Origin: Candidatus Anammoxibacter sp.
GTDB taxonomy: Bacteria; Planctomycetota; Brocadiia; Brocadiales; Anammoxibacteraceae
NCBI GenBank assembly: GCA_021777055.1
Contig: JAIQZO010000004.1
Span: 55,594 to 119,593, forward strand
Reading direction: 5' to 3'
DNA length: 64,000 nucleotides
This document shows positions 19,678 through 28,558 of the stretch, piece after piece (the stretch's first letter is position 1; each line of letters starts with the position of its first letter). The notes beneath the pieces were generated by a model that saw only the letters and a list, made by a program, of their open reading frames with translations, ran no database searches and was not told where the DNA came from. Made by a program: the position numbers and the translations under genes.

Positions 19678-20982
19678 TCACAAGCTTTCTATAATTTTTT
19701 GTGCCGCATTCTCTCCACTTACAAAAGATTGATCTGACCATAAATAGTCCCATTCCCCATACCGTCCACAATAGTAGATCCCTATATCATCAAGATATCC
19801 TTTGACAATCTTTAACGCATCTGCACGCTCTAAATCAAAGATCACATTTGCATATGGCATTAGTATTGCGTTACTATACAATATTTTGTCTTCTTCACGA
19901 ATTAGTCCACATCTTTTTAGATCATTTATCACTGGTTTAATACAATCATTAGGCGAACGGTCCAAGGGTTTATACTTTTTAGAATAATAGACCTCTGCTT
20001 GAATACTTCCCGTGCCGGCAGGGGTATTGTTTGGCGACAACATATGCGGAAAATTTAATCTGGTAAAAAAGAAATCTTTATCGTAAAAATATATCCAATG
20101 CGCATCAGAAATATCTACCCGATCAATGGCAATGTCAACAACCACACAACTAGAGCAACTCAATTTTTGCGCAGCATTGATTACTTCTTTAGGTGCATCA
20201 ATAATCTTAGCAATCAACTCAGGCAGAGGTAAAGAGGAAATAACATGGTCATATGAAACGACTGTTCCATTTGTTAGGCACAATCTCTTTTCTTTTGGAT
20301 TAATAGTATCAACTTCAAAACCTAATTTAAGTTCAGTCTGGTCAATAAAAAGATTAAGAAATGACATGTAACCGTTAAACGTTGGATATCTGACATAGTT
20401 AATGTAGTGAACATCTGTTGTTTTAGGAGAAATAACACCGTGCAAGACTTCTTCTAGTTTAGGCCGATACATTCTTGGCCCTAACCACTCTGTACTCATG
20501 TTATCCGCAGTTGTAGTATGAAATTTTAATCCATACTGCATAGGAAATGTTTCTGCGAAAGTTTTCCCAAAGCTTGAAATAAGCCAATCCGCGTAGTTAT
20601 TAATCCTATCACACTTTTTGTTTTGTTCATTAATAAAATCACATAACAGATCCACTAATAGATTTTCAGGTAATCCATGTAGATTACACTGTGCCGGATG
20701 CTTAATCCAATGGCCCTTCCAGTAATTACTGGCTTTTATCTTGATATCTTGAAATTCTTGATTAACACTTTTGGCAAAAAGCTCTTTAACACGTTCAAAT
20801 TTTGTAAACGACAAGTGTGGCCCCAAGTCAAAAATGTAACCTCCATCATAACTAAATGAAGCACAATTACCTCCATAATGTTGGTTTCTTTCAAAAATCA
20901 CAGATTTCAAATTATTATTATATAATTTATGCGCAGCCCCAAAACCTGCCATACCAGCCCCTATAATAGTAACCATTGCCAT
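19678..20982 (-). CDS. FAD-dependent oxidoreductase (amine-oxidase/UDP-galactopyranose-mutase-like fold)
   Basis: N-terminal dinucleotide fold VTIIGAGMAGFGAAHKL..VIFERNQHYGGNC and C-terminal YYCGRYGEWDY. Substrate cannot be assigned by eye. Confidence 0.55.
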   Translation of the reverse strand: MAMVTIIGAGMAGFGAAHKLYNNNLKSVIFERNQHYGGNCASFSYDGGYIFDLGPHLSFTKFERVKELFAKSVNQEFQDIKIKASNYWKGHWIKHPAQCNLHGLPENLLVDLLCDFINEQNKKCDRINNYADWLISSFGKTFAETFPMQYGLKFHTTTADNMSTEWLGPRMYRPKLEEVLHGVISPKTTDVHYINYVRYPTFNGYMSFLNLFIDQTELKLGFEVDTINPKEKRLCLTNGTVVSYDHVISSLPLPELIAKIIDAPKEVINAAQKLSCSSCVVVDIAIDRVDISDAHWIYFYDKDFFFTRLNFPHMLSPNNTPAGTGSIQAEVYYSKKYKPLDRSPNDCIKPVINDLKRCGLIREEDKILYSNAILMPYANVIFDLERADALKIVKGYLDDIGIYYCGRYGEWDYLWSDQSFVSGENAAQKIIESL

Positions 20983-20988
20983 AGTTCT

Positions 20989-21915
20989 TCACCTTCCCCC
21001 ATTAATATTATTAATTCTTTCTTGCCACCATTCAACAGTTTGCTCTAAACCATACTCCAAATCATATTTTGGACGCCAACCAACCTCTTCAAATAATCGA
21101 TTAACATCAGCAACCAACAAATGGGGTTCATCTGCCGGTACCGAAACGGCACCTAATCTAATTAGATCTTGCCGGCCTAATTTCTTAGCAATTGTAAAAA
21201 TAATATCCTTTAGGGTAATTGCCTGCCCCGATCCAATATTTACAGATCCTTGGATATCACTATCCAAGACTTCAACCAGAGCATCTGCAACATCTTTTAC
21301 ATACAAAAAATCTCTAATTTGATTACTATGCGAACAAAGAGCGGGCTTACCCTGCACCAAAGAAGAAGAGACAGAGGAAACTAATCTTTCCGGATATTCA
21401 TATGGTCCGTAAAGAAAAAAGATACGTGCCCAAGCATTACTGAGTTCCGTCTCTTTACCAAAACCATCTAGCATTATCTGTAAAGAATGTTTACATTTCC
21501 CATAAAAAGTCGAAGGTGCAAGTGGCGTTATACTATCAGAGCAATATCCATATCTCAAATCGTACTCAAAACAAGTCCCTGTTATCACCACCCTTTCACC
21601 GCCAGCTTGCTCAAACAATTTCAACATCGTAAGACTTGCATGCATCCATTTAAAATGTTCTAAAGAACTCCACCAACGCTTCCCTGGAACTACATACCAC
21701 GCCAGATGTAAAAGATGACTTGGCTTTACGCTATTCATTAGTTTTGTACACTGTTCAGGATCTAACAAATCAAATTGGTGATAGTGAACATCAGGTAGTA
21801 TCTTTGATGAGACTTTTGAAGAAACAACGTGAACTTCATAGCCCTTTTGTAATAGTATCGGCAAACAATTACGACCAATAAATCCAGTAGCACCACTAAT
21901 TAAAACTTTTTTCAT
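20989..21915 (-). CDS. NAD(P)-dependent sugar-nucleotide epimerase/reductase (extended SDR)
   Basis: ISGATGFIGRN Rossmann motif and a catalytic YxxxK (FYGKCKHS). Confidence 0.8.
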   Translation of the reverse strand: MKKVLISGATGFIGRNCLPILLQKGYEVHVVSSKVSSKILPDVHYHQFDLLDPEQCTKLMNSVKPSHLLHLAWYVVPGKRWWSSLEHFKWMHASLTMLKLFEQAGGERVVITGTCFEYDLRYGYCSDSITPLAPSTFYGKCKHSLQIMLDGFGKETELSNAWARIFFLYGPYEYPERLVSSVSSSLVQGKPALCSHSNQIRDFLYVKDVADALVEVLDSDIQGSVNIGSGQAITLKDIIFTIAKKLGRQDLIRLGAVSVPADEPHLLVADVNRLFEEVGWRPKYDLEYGLEQTVEWWQERINNINGGR

Positions 21916-22060
21916 AAGAAAAACTCATTATCATCTATTTTCATATAATGTTAACATTTAACCACATAAACAATTAATATCTAAGAAGATATAGGCAATT
22001 ACAGAATCGTTAAAAATCTTTTCAGGTTCACATAAACATCCATTTAACCAACGGTTAAAT

Positions 22061-22078
22061 AACTATAGTTGAAAATAG
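22061..22078. repeat. 18-nt intergenic motif aactatagttgaaaatag (copy 1)
   Basis: 17/18 identical to 25055-25072. Both copies lie approx 150-180 nt upstream of minus-strand start codons (SDR at 21915, rfbF at 24888). Confidence 0.5.
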
Positions 22079-22140
22079 TGGTAATTATATGAAAGAAATT
22101 AAATCTTATAATAAAACAGTCTTTACCCAAAACAATTCTT

Positions 22141-22674
22141 TTACAATGAGTAATTCTGCAAGTTCTTATCTTTGTCGGAAATGATGCGTTTTCCAGTTTC
22201 GGGCCATTCAACAGAAAACATCTTGTCATCCCAACGTAGACCTCGTTCGTGTTCAGGGGAATGAAATTGAGAAACCTGGTAAAAAATCTCTGAATCATCT
22301 TCCAGTGTTTGGAAACCATGCGCAACACCTTCCGGCACATATACCATCTTGTAAGAATCATTTCTTAATTCAATTCCAAACCACTGCTTAAAAGTAGGCG
22401 ACTCAGATCTTATATCAACAATTACATCGTAAATAGCACCTTTTGTACATCGTACGACTTTAACTTCTTTATAAGGTGTAATTTGGTAGTGTAACCCACG
22501 CAACGTTCCCATTTTATTATTGAAAGACATGTTAAATTGAACAAAATTTGATACCAAGCCGCGCGTTTCAAATTCTTTTTTACACCACATACGAGAAAAG
22601 AAACCTCTACTATCTTTTAGTTTGCTTGGCTCAATAACAAAAGCACCTTTAATTTTCGTTTCTGTAAAAATCAT
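22141..22674 (-). CDS. RmlC-like sugar-nucleotide 3,5-epimerase (cupin)
   Basis: GAFVIEP..DSRGFFSR, LRGLHYQ, KVVRCTKGAIYDVIVDIR and VYVPEGVAHGFQTL follow the dTDP-4-dehydrorhamnose 3,5-epimerase family pattern. Confidence 0.85.
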   Translation of the reverse strand: MIFTETKIKGAFVIEPSKLKDSRGFFSRMWCKKEFETRGLVSNFVQFNMSFNNKMGTLRGLHYQITPYKEVKVVRCTKGAIYDVIVDIRSESPTFKQWFGIELRNDSYKMVYVPEGVAHGFQTLEDDSEIFYQVSQFHSPEHERGLRWDDKMFSVEWPETGKRIISDKDKNLQNYSL

Positions 22675-23050
22675 GAATAAACCTTTACCTTAGAAAGAGG
22701 GTCTATAAATTTACTCCCCATTCACGGACATATGGCACCTGATCCACATTTTCATCCTTAAGGTTATGGGGCAGAATTAACACAAGAGCAGGTTCAACAC
22801 CTAAGATATATACACTTACTCCTTCAGGTATTAAAGCAAATAGTAATCATTACCAGCAATTTCAACCACCTGACTATTCTCATTCAAACAAACCGGACCG
22901 TTCAGCAATAGAACCTACATTGTAAGTTCTCTCCCTTAATATAACCCTTACCAAAAGCGACATCCCCAAGACCTATAAATGTAGTTCCTGAATTATTTTT
23001 GCAAAAATTACATTTCACTACACTCTCTGTTTATTCTAAAAAAAACTTAA

Positions 23051-24118
23051 CTAATAACTTTCATATATTTTAATTTGAGATTCTGTGAACTGACGAATAT
23101 TTTTATTTTGTCGATATGCTTGATACCATTCAACGATCCACTCTAAGGTTGTAGCAAGAGTTAACTTTGGCGTCCACTTTAACAAACTTTTTGCCTTTGA
23201 ACAATCTAGTTTTAAAAGATTATCTTCATGCGGATGCACGACTGAATCAATCTCAAAACAAGCTCCATCTCCCCAAAGATTCGACATATACTCTACAATC
23301 CATGAAACAGGTTTTACGTCATCATCATTAGGCCCAAAATTCCAACTCTCGGCAAATCCAGGCCCTCTACTCCATAACTGTTCAGCAAGAATTAAATAAC
23401 CACTCAACGGTGTCATAACAAACTGCCAAGGACGAGTACTACTTGGGTTGCGAATTATAACTGGTTGGTCTTTCATAAATGCATTCAGAATATCAGGGAC
23501 AAGCCTATCTTTAGACCAATCTCCACCACCAATTACATTTCCAGCCCTAGCACTACCAACTGCAATTCCATGCTGAGCATATTTTTCTATAGAAAAATAA
23601 GACGTACGGTAAGCAGAAACAACAAGTTCTGCACATCCTTTACTGCTAGAGTAAGGATCATGCCCTCCCATCCTTTCATTCTCCCTATACCCCCATAACC
23701 ATTCTTTATTTTCATAACACTTATCACTTGTGATAGAAACAACAACGCGTACGCTATTTGAGTGCCTGACGGCTTCTAATATATTTACAGTACCCATAAT
23801 ATTCGTAGAGTACGTTTCAACTGGATCAAGATAAGAACTATGAACTAGCGCTTGCGCTGCCATATGTATGACGATTTCAGGCTGATACTTTTCCATAACA
23901 GACTTGATGTGCTCTAAATCACGAACGTCACCAGGAATATATACCATGCCATTTTCTACATTCGCTAATTCAAACAAGCTAGGTTCTGTATGTGGCAACA
24001 AAGAATATCCAACAACATGTGATTCCAAAGATTGCAACCACAGAGACAACCAACTACCCTTAAAGCCCGTACAACCAGTAACAAGTACCTTTTTGCCTTT
24101 CCAAAACAGTCTATTCAT
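23051..24118 (-). CDS. rfbG: CDP-glucose 4,6-dehydratase
   Basis: FWKGKKVLVTGCTGFKGSWLSLWL and YSSSKGCAE (YxxxK). The likely ATG at 24118 forms an ATGA overlap with the rfbF stop; the track start at 24133 is further upstream. Confidence 0.85.
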   Translation of the reverse strand: MNRLFWKGKKVLVTGCTGFKGSWLSLWLQSLESHVVGYSLLPHTEPSLFELANVENGMVYIPGDVRDLEHIKSVMEKYQPEIVIHMAAQALVHSSYLDPVETYSTNIMGTVNILEAVRHSNSVRVVVSITSDKCYENKEWLWGYRENERMGGHDPYSSSKGCAELVVSAYRTSYFSIEKYAQHGIAVGSARAGNVIGGGDWSKDRLVPDILNAFMKDQPVIIRNPSSTRPWQFVMTPLSGYLILAEQLWSRGPGFAESWNFGPNDDDVKPVSWIVEYMSNLWGDGACFEIDSVVHPHEDNLLKLDCSKAKSLLKWTPKLTLATTLEWIVEWYQAYRQNKNIRQFTESQIKIYESY

Positions 24119-24888
24119 GTCCAAACCTTCCAAGGAGGATTACCGGAATTCCATAATTCATCTAAATACATTTTATTACGTAATGTATCCATTGGTTGCC
24201 AAAAATCTTTATGCAAGAATGCAGAAATCTTCCCATCTTGCACTAAACGCTTCATTGGTGCATGTTCCCACATGGTCTCATCTCCGTCAATATAATCAAG
24301 AACCTGAGGTGACAAAACAAAAAAACCTCCATTAATCCACCCACTATCTCCTTCTGGCTTCTCTTCAAAGCCAAGAACACGATGCTGGGCATCAAACGTT
24401 AAAACACCATATCTCGTTGGAGGCAAAATAGCAGTAACTGTAGCCAAAGTATTTTGTTCTTTGTGATATGCAATTAGCTTCTTTATGTCTACATTACAGA
24501 CACCATCTCCATATGTAAAGCAAAAATCATCATCACCAATATGCTCTTTTACGCGTTTCAACCGTCCTCCGGTAGCAGTTCTCTCTCCAGTGTCAACTAA
24601 TGTAACTTTCCATGTTTCCGCATTGTTTTGCAAGATATCCATGCTATTATTTTTTATATCAAATATCACATCAGACATATGAAGAAGATAATTTGCAAAA
24701 TATTCTTTAATCACATATCCTTTGTACCCACAGCAGATAACAAATTCATTTATCCCATACGCCGAGTATATTTTCATGATATGCCAAAGAATTGGTTTAC
24801 CTCCAATTTCAACCATTGGCTTAGGACGTACACTTGTCTCCTCAGAAATACGAGTACCGAAACCTCCCGCTAAAATCACTGCTTTCAT
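24115..24888 (-). CDS. rfbF: glucose-1-phosphate cytidylyltransferase
   Basis: MKAVILAGGFGTRISEETSVRPKPMVEIGGKPILWHIMKIYSAYGINEFVICCGYKG is near-canonical RfbF/DdhA. Confidence 0.9.
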   Translation of the reverse strand: MKAVILAGGFGTRISEETSVRPKPMVEIGGKPILWHIMKIYSAYGINEFVICCGYKGYVIKEYFANYLLHMSDVIFDIKNNSMDILQNNAETWKVTLVDTGERTATGGRLKRVKEHIGDDDFCFTYGDGVCNVDIKKLIAYHKEQNTLATVTAILPPTRYGVLTFDAQHRVLGFEEKPEGDSGWINGGFFVLSPQVLDYIDGDETMWEHAPMKRLVQDGKISAFLHKDFWQPMDTLRNKMYLDELWNSGNPPWKVWT

Positions 24889-25054
24889 AAAAAGTTTCTC
24901 CGTTTCATTATTAAATAAACTAATTACAATCTATTTTCAGACATAGTTATTTAACCGTTGCCAAACTGATGTCAATATGAACTTAAAAATATTTTCAAAA
25001 ATTCTATCATAGTCAGGATATTTACACATAATCATTATTTACACACTTAATTTT

Positions 25055-25072
25055 AACTATAGCTGAAAATAG
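25055..25072. repeat. 18-nt intergenic motif aactatagctgaaaatag (copy 2)
   Basis: See 22061-22078. Confidence 0.5.
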
Positions 25073-25346
25073 CCTCATGCTCAAAGCAATCAAAAAGCTT
25101 ATATTTAGTGATTTAGGTTTTGATTAGATTTAGATGCTACAATTAGGTAATTCCACAAGCATTACCTTCTCTACATCAAGGAAACCTCGATTGAATAACA
25201 TTTAAAGATAGCCTAAAGATAGATCTATAAATGGCAAATCTCTGAACACTTTGAATATAAACAGCAATTTCTGCAAATAATAAATCTAAACTAAAAAATT
25301 AAGGTTACCCCTTGGTTACCAATTAAAAATAATACCTAACATATTT

Positions 25347-27539
25347 TCAACTATTAACGTTTGTTGCAACTCTTTTGTGTTCACGATGTCTCCCTAGCCC
25401 AACAACCTTAACATTATTTTCTGAACTGCCAGAAAATTTATTAAGTATATGATTTTCACCTTTTAAACTATCAATTATTTTCCGTACTTCATCCACGACA
25501 TCTTCATCAGAATTGTTTTTGATAAGGCTCCCCAATTTAGCAATATGCCCATCGAGAACTTTAGTTGACGGAACAACCGGAATTATGGTTCTAATCTTCT
25601 TATGAAATGTTGGCATCACCTTTTCAGATTTATCAAAAAGCTCTTCATACAATTTCTCTCCTGGCCTTAAACCAGTAAACTCAATTTTTACTTCCTTATG
25701 TGGAATAAAACCTGACAACCTTATTATGTTTTCTGCCAGGTCCATTATTTTTATCTGCTCCCCCATATCAAGAACAAATATCTCGCCGTTAGAGCCTGAC
25801 GAGGCAGCTATAAGGACAAGGTTGACAGCTTCTGGTATAAGCATAAAGTACCTCTTTATATCTGGATGGGTTACTTTTAATGGTCCTCCGTTTTTCAACA
25901 TATCTTTGAACACAGGCACAACACTCCCATTGCTGCCTAACACATTTCCAAACCTCACTGTTGTAAATTGTGTTCGCGAGACTGAATTCATATTTATTGC
26001 CAGAAACTCTGCTATTCGTTTTGTTGCCCCCATTACACTCGTCGGGTTTACCGCCTTATCAGTTGATATCATCACAAAGTTATCTACATTGCACATAGTT
26101 GAAACATCTATTAGGTTTTTTGTCCCAAAAATATTGTTTTTTACTGCTTCCAGTGGATTCGCTTCCATAAGAGGAACATGTTTGTGCGCTGCGGCGTGGA
26201 ATACTATTTGTGGCCCATGGAGCAGAAATGATCTTTCCAAGGATACTTTCTCCGCAATATCCCCTATTACCAATACCACCTTAGTCCCACTATCATCGCT
26301 ATCTAATAAAGGCTTTAATTCCAACCCTATCTTATATAAGCCGTTTTCATACCTATCCAAAAGTATTAATTTAGATGGATTATATTTAATTATTTGTCGA
26401 CAAAGTTCAGAACCTATTGACCCTCCGGCTCCTGTTACCAATACCGATTTGCCTTTTATAAAATCGCATACTGATTTTATGCCTGTCTTGACTGGCTCTC
26501 GTTGAAGCAAGTCTTCCAGAGATATATTCTTCAAACCTGATATCCCATTATCGTTTACTAGAAACGAAACAAGATCCTTCTCTGCAATATAGCCAAGCTT
26601 TATTAGCCTTACACCAAGCTTATCATCATCACGCAACGATAACGCTTCCTGTATCTGTTCCTTTGTAACCAAATTAGCAGATACAAGACGTTCCCCTATC
26701 CTTCTTAATGTTGAGACATCTCCATCTAAAACCTCCTGCAAACCAGGTAGTTTCTTTATCGGTATGTTGGATGATTTACTAAGTTCAAAGATATCACGAA
26801 TCTCCTTATTATCTGAAGATTTTACAGACATTAAGATCTCATCCGGCTTATATTTTTCTATAATTCTTGGAATTATTCTGCTTGTACCAAATATTCTAAC
26901 TCCGTGCACAGAGCGTCCCTTTTTACCAAGATCCTCATCTATAATCCCGATAGGGATATATCCATATTTAGGATTATCCATCAAATTTTTTATAATTACT
27001 TCTAATATTACACTATCACCAATGAGCAACGCTCTCTTCCCCACAGGTTTTGATCGCAGATGTTCTCTATAGGCGATCCTCACGCTTAGCCTAGTACCAC
27101 AAGAAAGAAGTACTAGCAACAACCAGTCAAGTACATATATTGAAATTGGATAACCAATGTCACCATACACAAACCTTACTACTATAAAAAACAGGGCACT
27201 TCCCATAAGCGTGCATTTTATGATCCTACTCATATCACTAATGCTTGAATAACGCCAGAAGTCTTTATTTAATCCTGCCTGAAAGTAAAAAGCTGTTCGT
27301 ATTAACAAAAGCACGGGCAGATAACCTAACATTAATCTTAAATTATCTGCAGGAGGGAAAAACGATTCAGACCTAATAGCAAATGCTAAATAACCTGCAA
27401 ATGTAGATTGAATAATATGTACAAGAACTACAAATACAGTCCTATTAATTACAGCCGTGGGCCTAAAACGGAGAATAGCAGCTTTCAATACCTTGTAAAA
27501 GACGGTATCAATATGGAAGTTTGACATAATGTGATCCAA
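25347..27539 (-). CDS. membrane-anchored WbpM/CapD/PglF-type UDP-sugar 4,6-dehydratase with an inserted MshEN-like segment
   Basis: N-terminal TM helices, a central Rossmann-like domain (KRALLIGDSVI..), an SDR domain VLVTGAGGSIGSEL and MGATKRIAE. The first codon at 27539 is TTG; an ATG lies at 27527. Confidence 0.85.
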   Translation of the reverse strand: MDHIMSNFHIDTVFYKVLKAAILRFRPTAVINRTVFVVLVHIIQSTFAGYLAFAIRSESFFPPADNLRLMLGYLPVLLLIRTAFYFQAGLNKDFWRYSSISDMSRIIKCTLMGSALFFIVVRFVYGDIGYPISIYVLDWLLLVLLSCGTRLSVRIAYREHLRSKPVGKRALLIGDSVILEVIIKNLMDNPKYGYIPIGIIDEDLGKKGRSVHGVRIFGTSRIIPRIIEKYKPDEILMSVKSSDNKEIRDIFELSKSSNIPIKKLPGLQEVLDGDVSTLRRIGERLVSANLVTKEQIQEALSLRDDDKLGVRLIKLGYIAEKDLVSFLVNDNGISGLKNISLEDLLQREPVKTGIKSVCDFIKGKSVLVTGAGGSIGSELCRQIIKYNPSKLILLDRYENGLYKIGLELKPLLDSDDSGTKVVLVIGDIAEKVSLERSFLLHGPQIVFHAAAHKHVPLMEANPLEAVKNNIFGTKNLIDVSTMCNVDNFVMISTDKAVNPTSVMGATKRIAEFLAINMNSVSRTQFTTVRFGNVLGSNGSVVPVFKDMLKNGGPLKVTHPDIKRYFMLIPEAVNLVLIAASSGSNGEIFVLDMGEQIKIMDLAENIIRLSGFIPHKEVKIEFTGLRPGEKLYEELFDKSEKVMPTFHKKIRTIIPVVPSTKVLDGHIAKLGSLIKNNSDEDVVDEVRKIIDSLKGENHILNKFSGSSENNVKVVGLGRHREHKRVATNVNS
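26550..26702 (-). other. MshEN/GSPII_E-N-like tandem motif inserted in the WbpM-like protein
   Basis: RIGERLVSANLVTKEQIQEALSLR-DDD-KLGVRLIKLGYIAEKDLVSFLVND lies between the KKLPGLQEVLDG segment and the conserved LEDLLQREPV linker. Confidence 0.55.
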
Positions 27540-28558
27540 AACTAATTTTAGGTTTAATAATATTTTAATTGCAAATTAATTGTGAATTTAGAATTTTTAA
27601 ACAATTACTTGAATAAAAGAAACTAATCTATTAAGCAGACAGCTATGCCAATCCAGTGGTTTACATCTAAACAATTCTTCTTTTACAATTAAAATCAATA
27701 CCTTTTACATGAGAAATAACCAGAAGAAAAATTGAGTCTCAGTTGAAAAAACGAAATAATAAAATGGCTGGAAATGCAAATAAACATGCATTAATTGGCA
27801 TCTCATCTATAAAAAACCAGACAAACTATTCTAAACAAAAGAGCTACCAAAACCAACAGCAAATAGAGAGCCAAATAATATTTATATTATAAGCAAACTA
27901 AATACAATATTTTGGACTCAACTCCGCTGACCTCCAAGCAGATAACCAACCTACAAGTTTATTTACATGAATATTTTTAAAATCTAGCCTGCAAAAAATT
28001 TGCGCATTGAGCACAAAATTGTGCAGCAAGCAGAGTTGCATATATCAAAGTAAACTTATACCCTTTAAGAAACAACCTTACAGCTTGTTGTCTTTTTCTC
28101 AATTTAATATCAAAATTTACACCATGGCAAGTTAAATAAAAATCCATATCTGTAACTAACAGCACAGGACACCTTCAAAAAGCAAGGCAAGTTTTCATGT
28201 TTTTCCTAGGATCCTACCTTCCGGCTCTTTATTTAGGCAAAAAAAAAACAATCAAAAGTTTCCTTTGTTATTATTAACCAATTAACTACACACTGCAGAT
28301 AAAAGCACAAGGTCTTATGTTTAGGCCAGATAAGCAACTAACATCTTAATTATTTAATTGCCAGATCAACATAGCCTTACAGTACAAAAGCTTAATTTTT
28401 AAAGATTTTGTAGTTTTCACGAAATACTGAATCCGTAAGCCAAGCCAACATAAAACTGAAGATGAAAAACACATACTATATTACGATTAACAACAGGAAG
28501 AAATAACTACAAATCTATGCCTTATTCTATATTCCAACCTGGTAGAAGCTTCACCGCA

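Noticed and set aside
19583-19771. 62-aa ORF overlapping the 3' end of the FAD oxidoreductase gene.
   Set aside because: It is a same-strand, out-of-frame overlap with a well-supported CDS, and it has no motifs.
22044-22361. 105-aa ORF overlapping the RmlC-like gene.
   Set aside because: It is an alternative frame of a CDS with canonical RmlC motifs, and its translation is non-descript.
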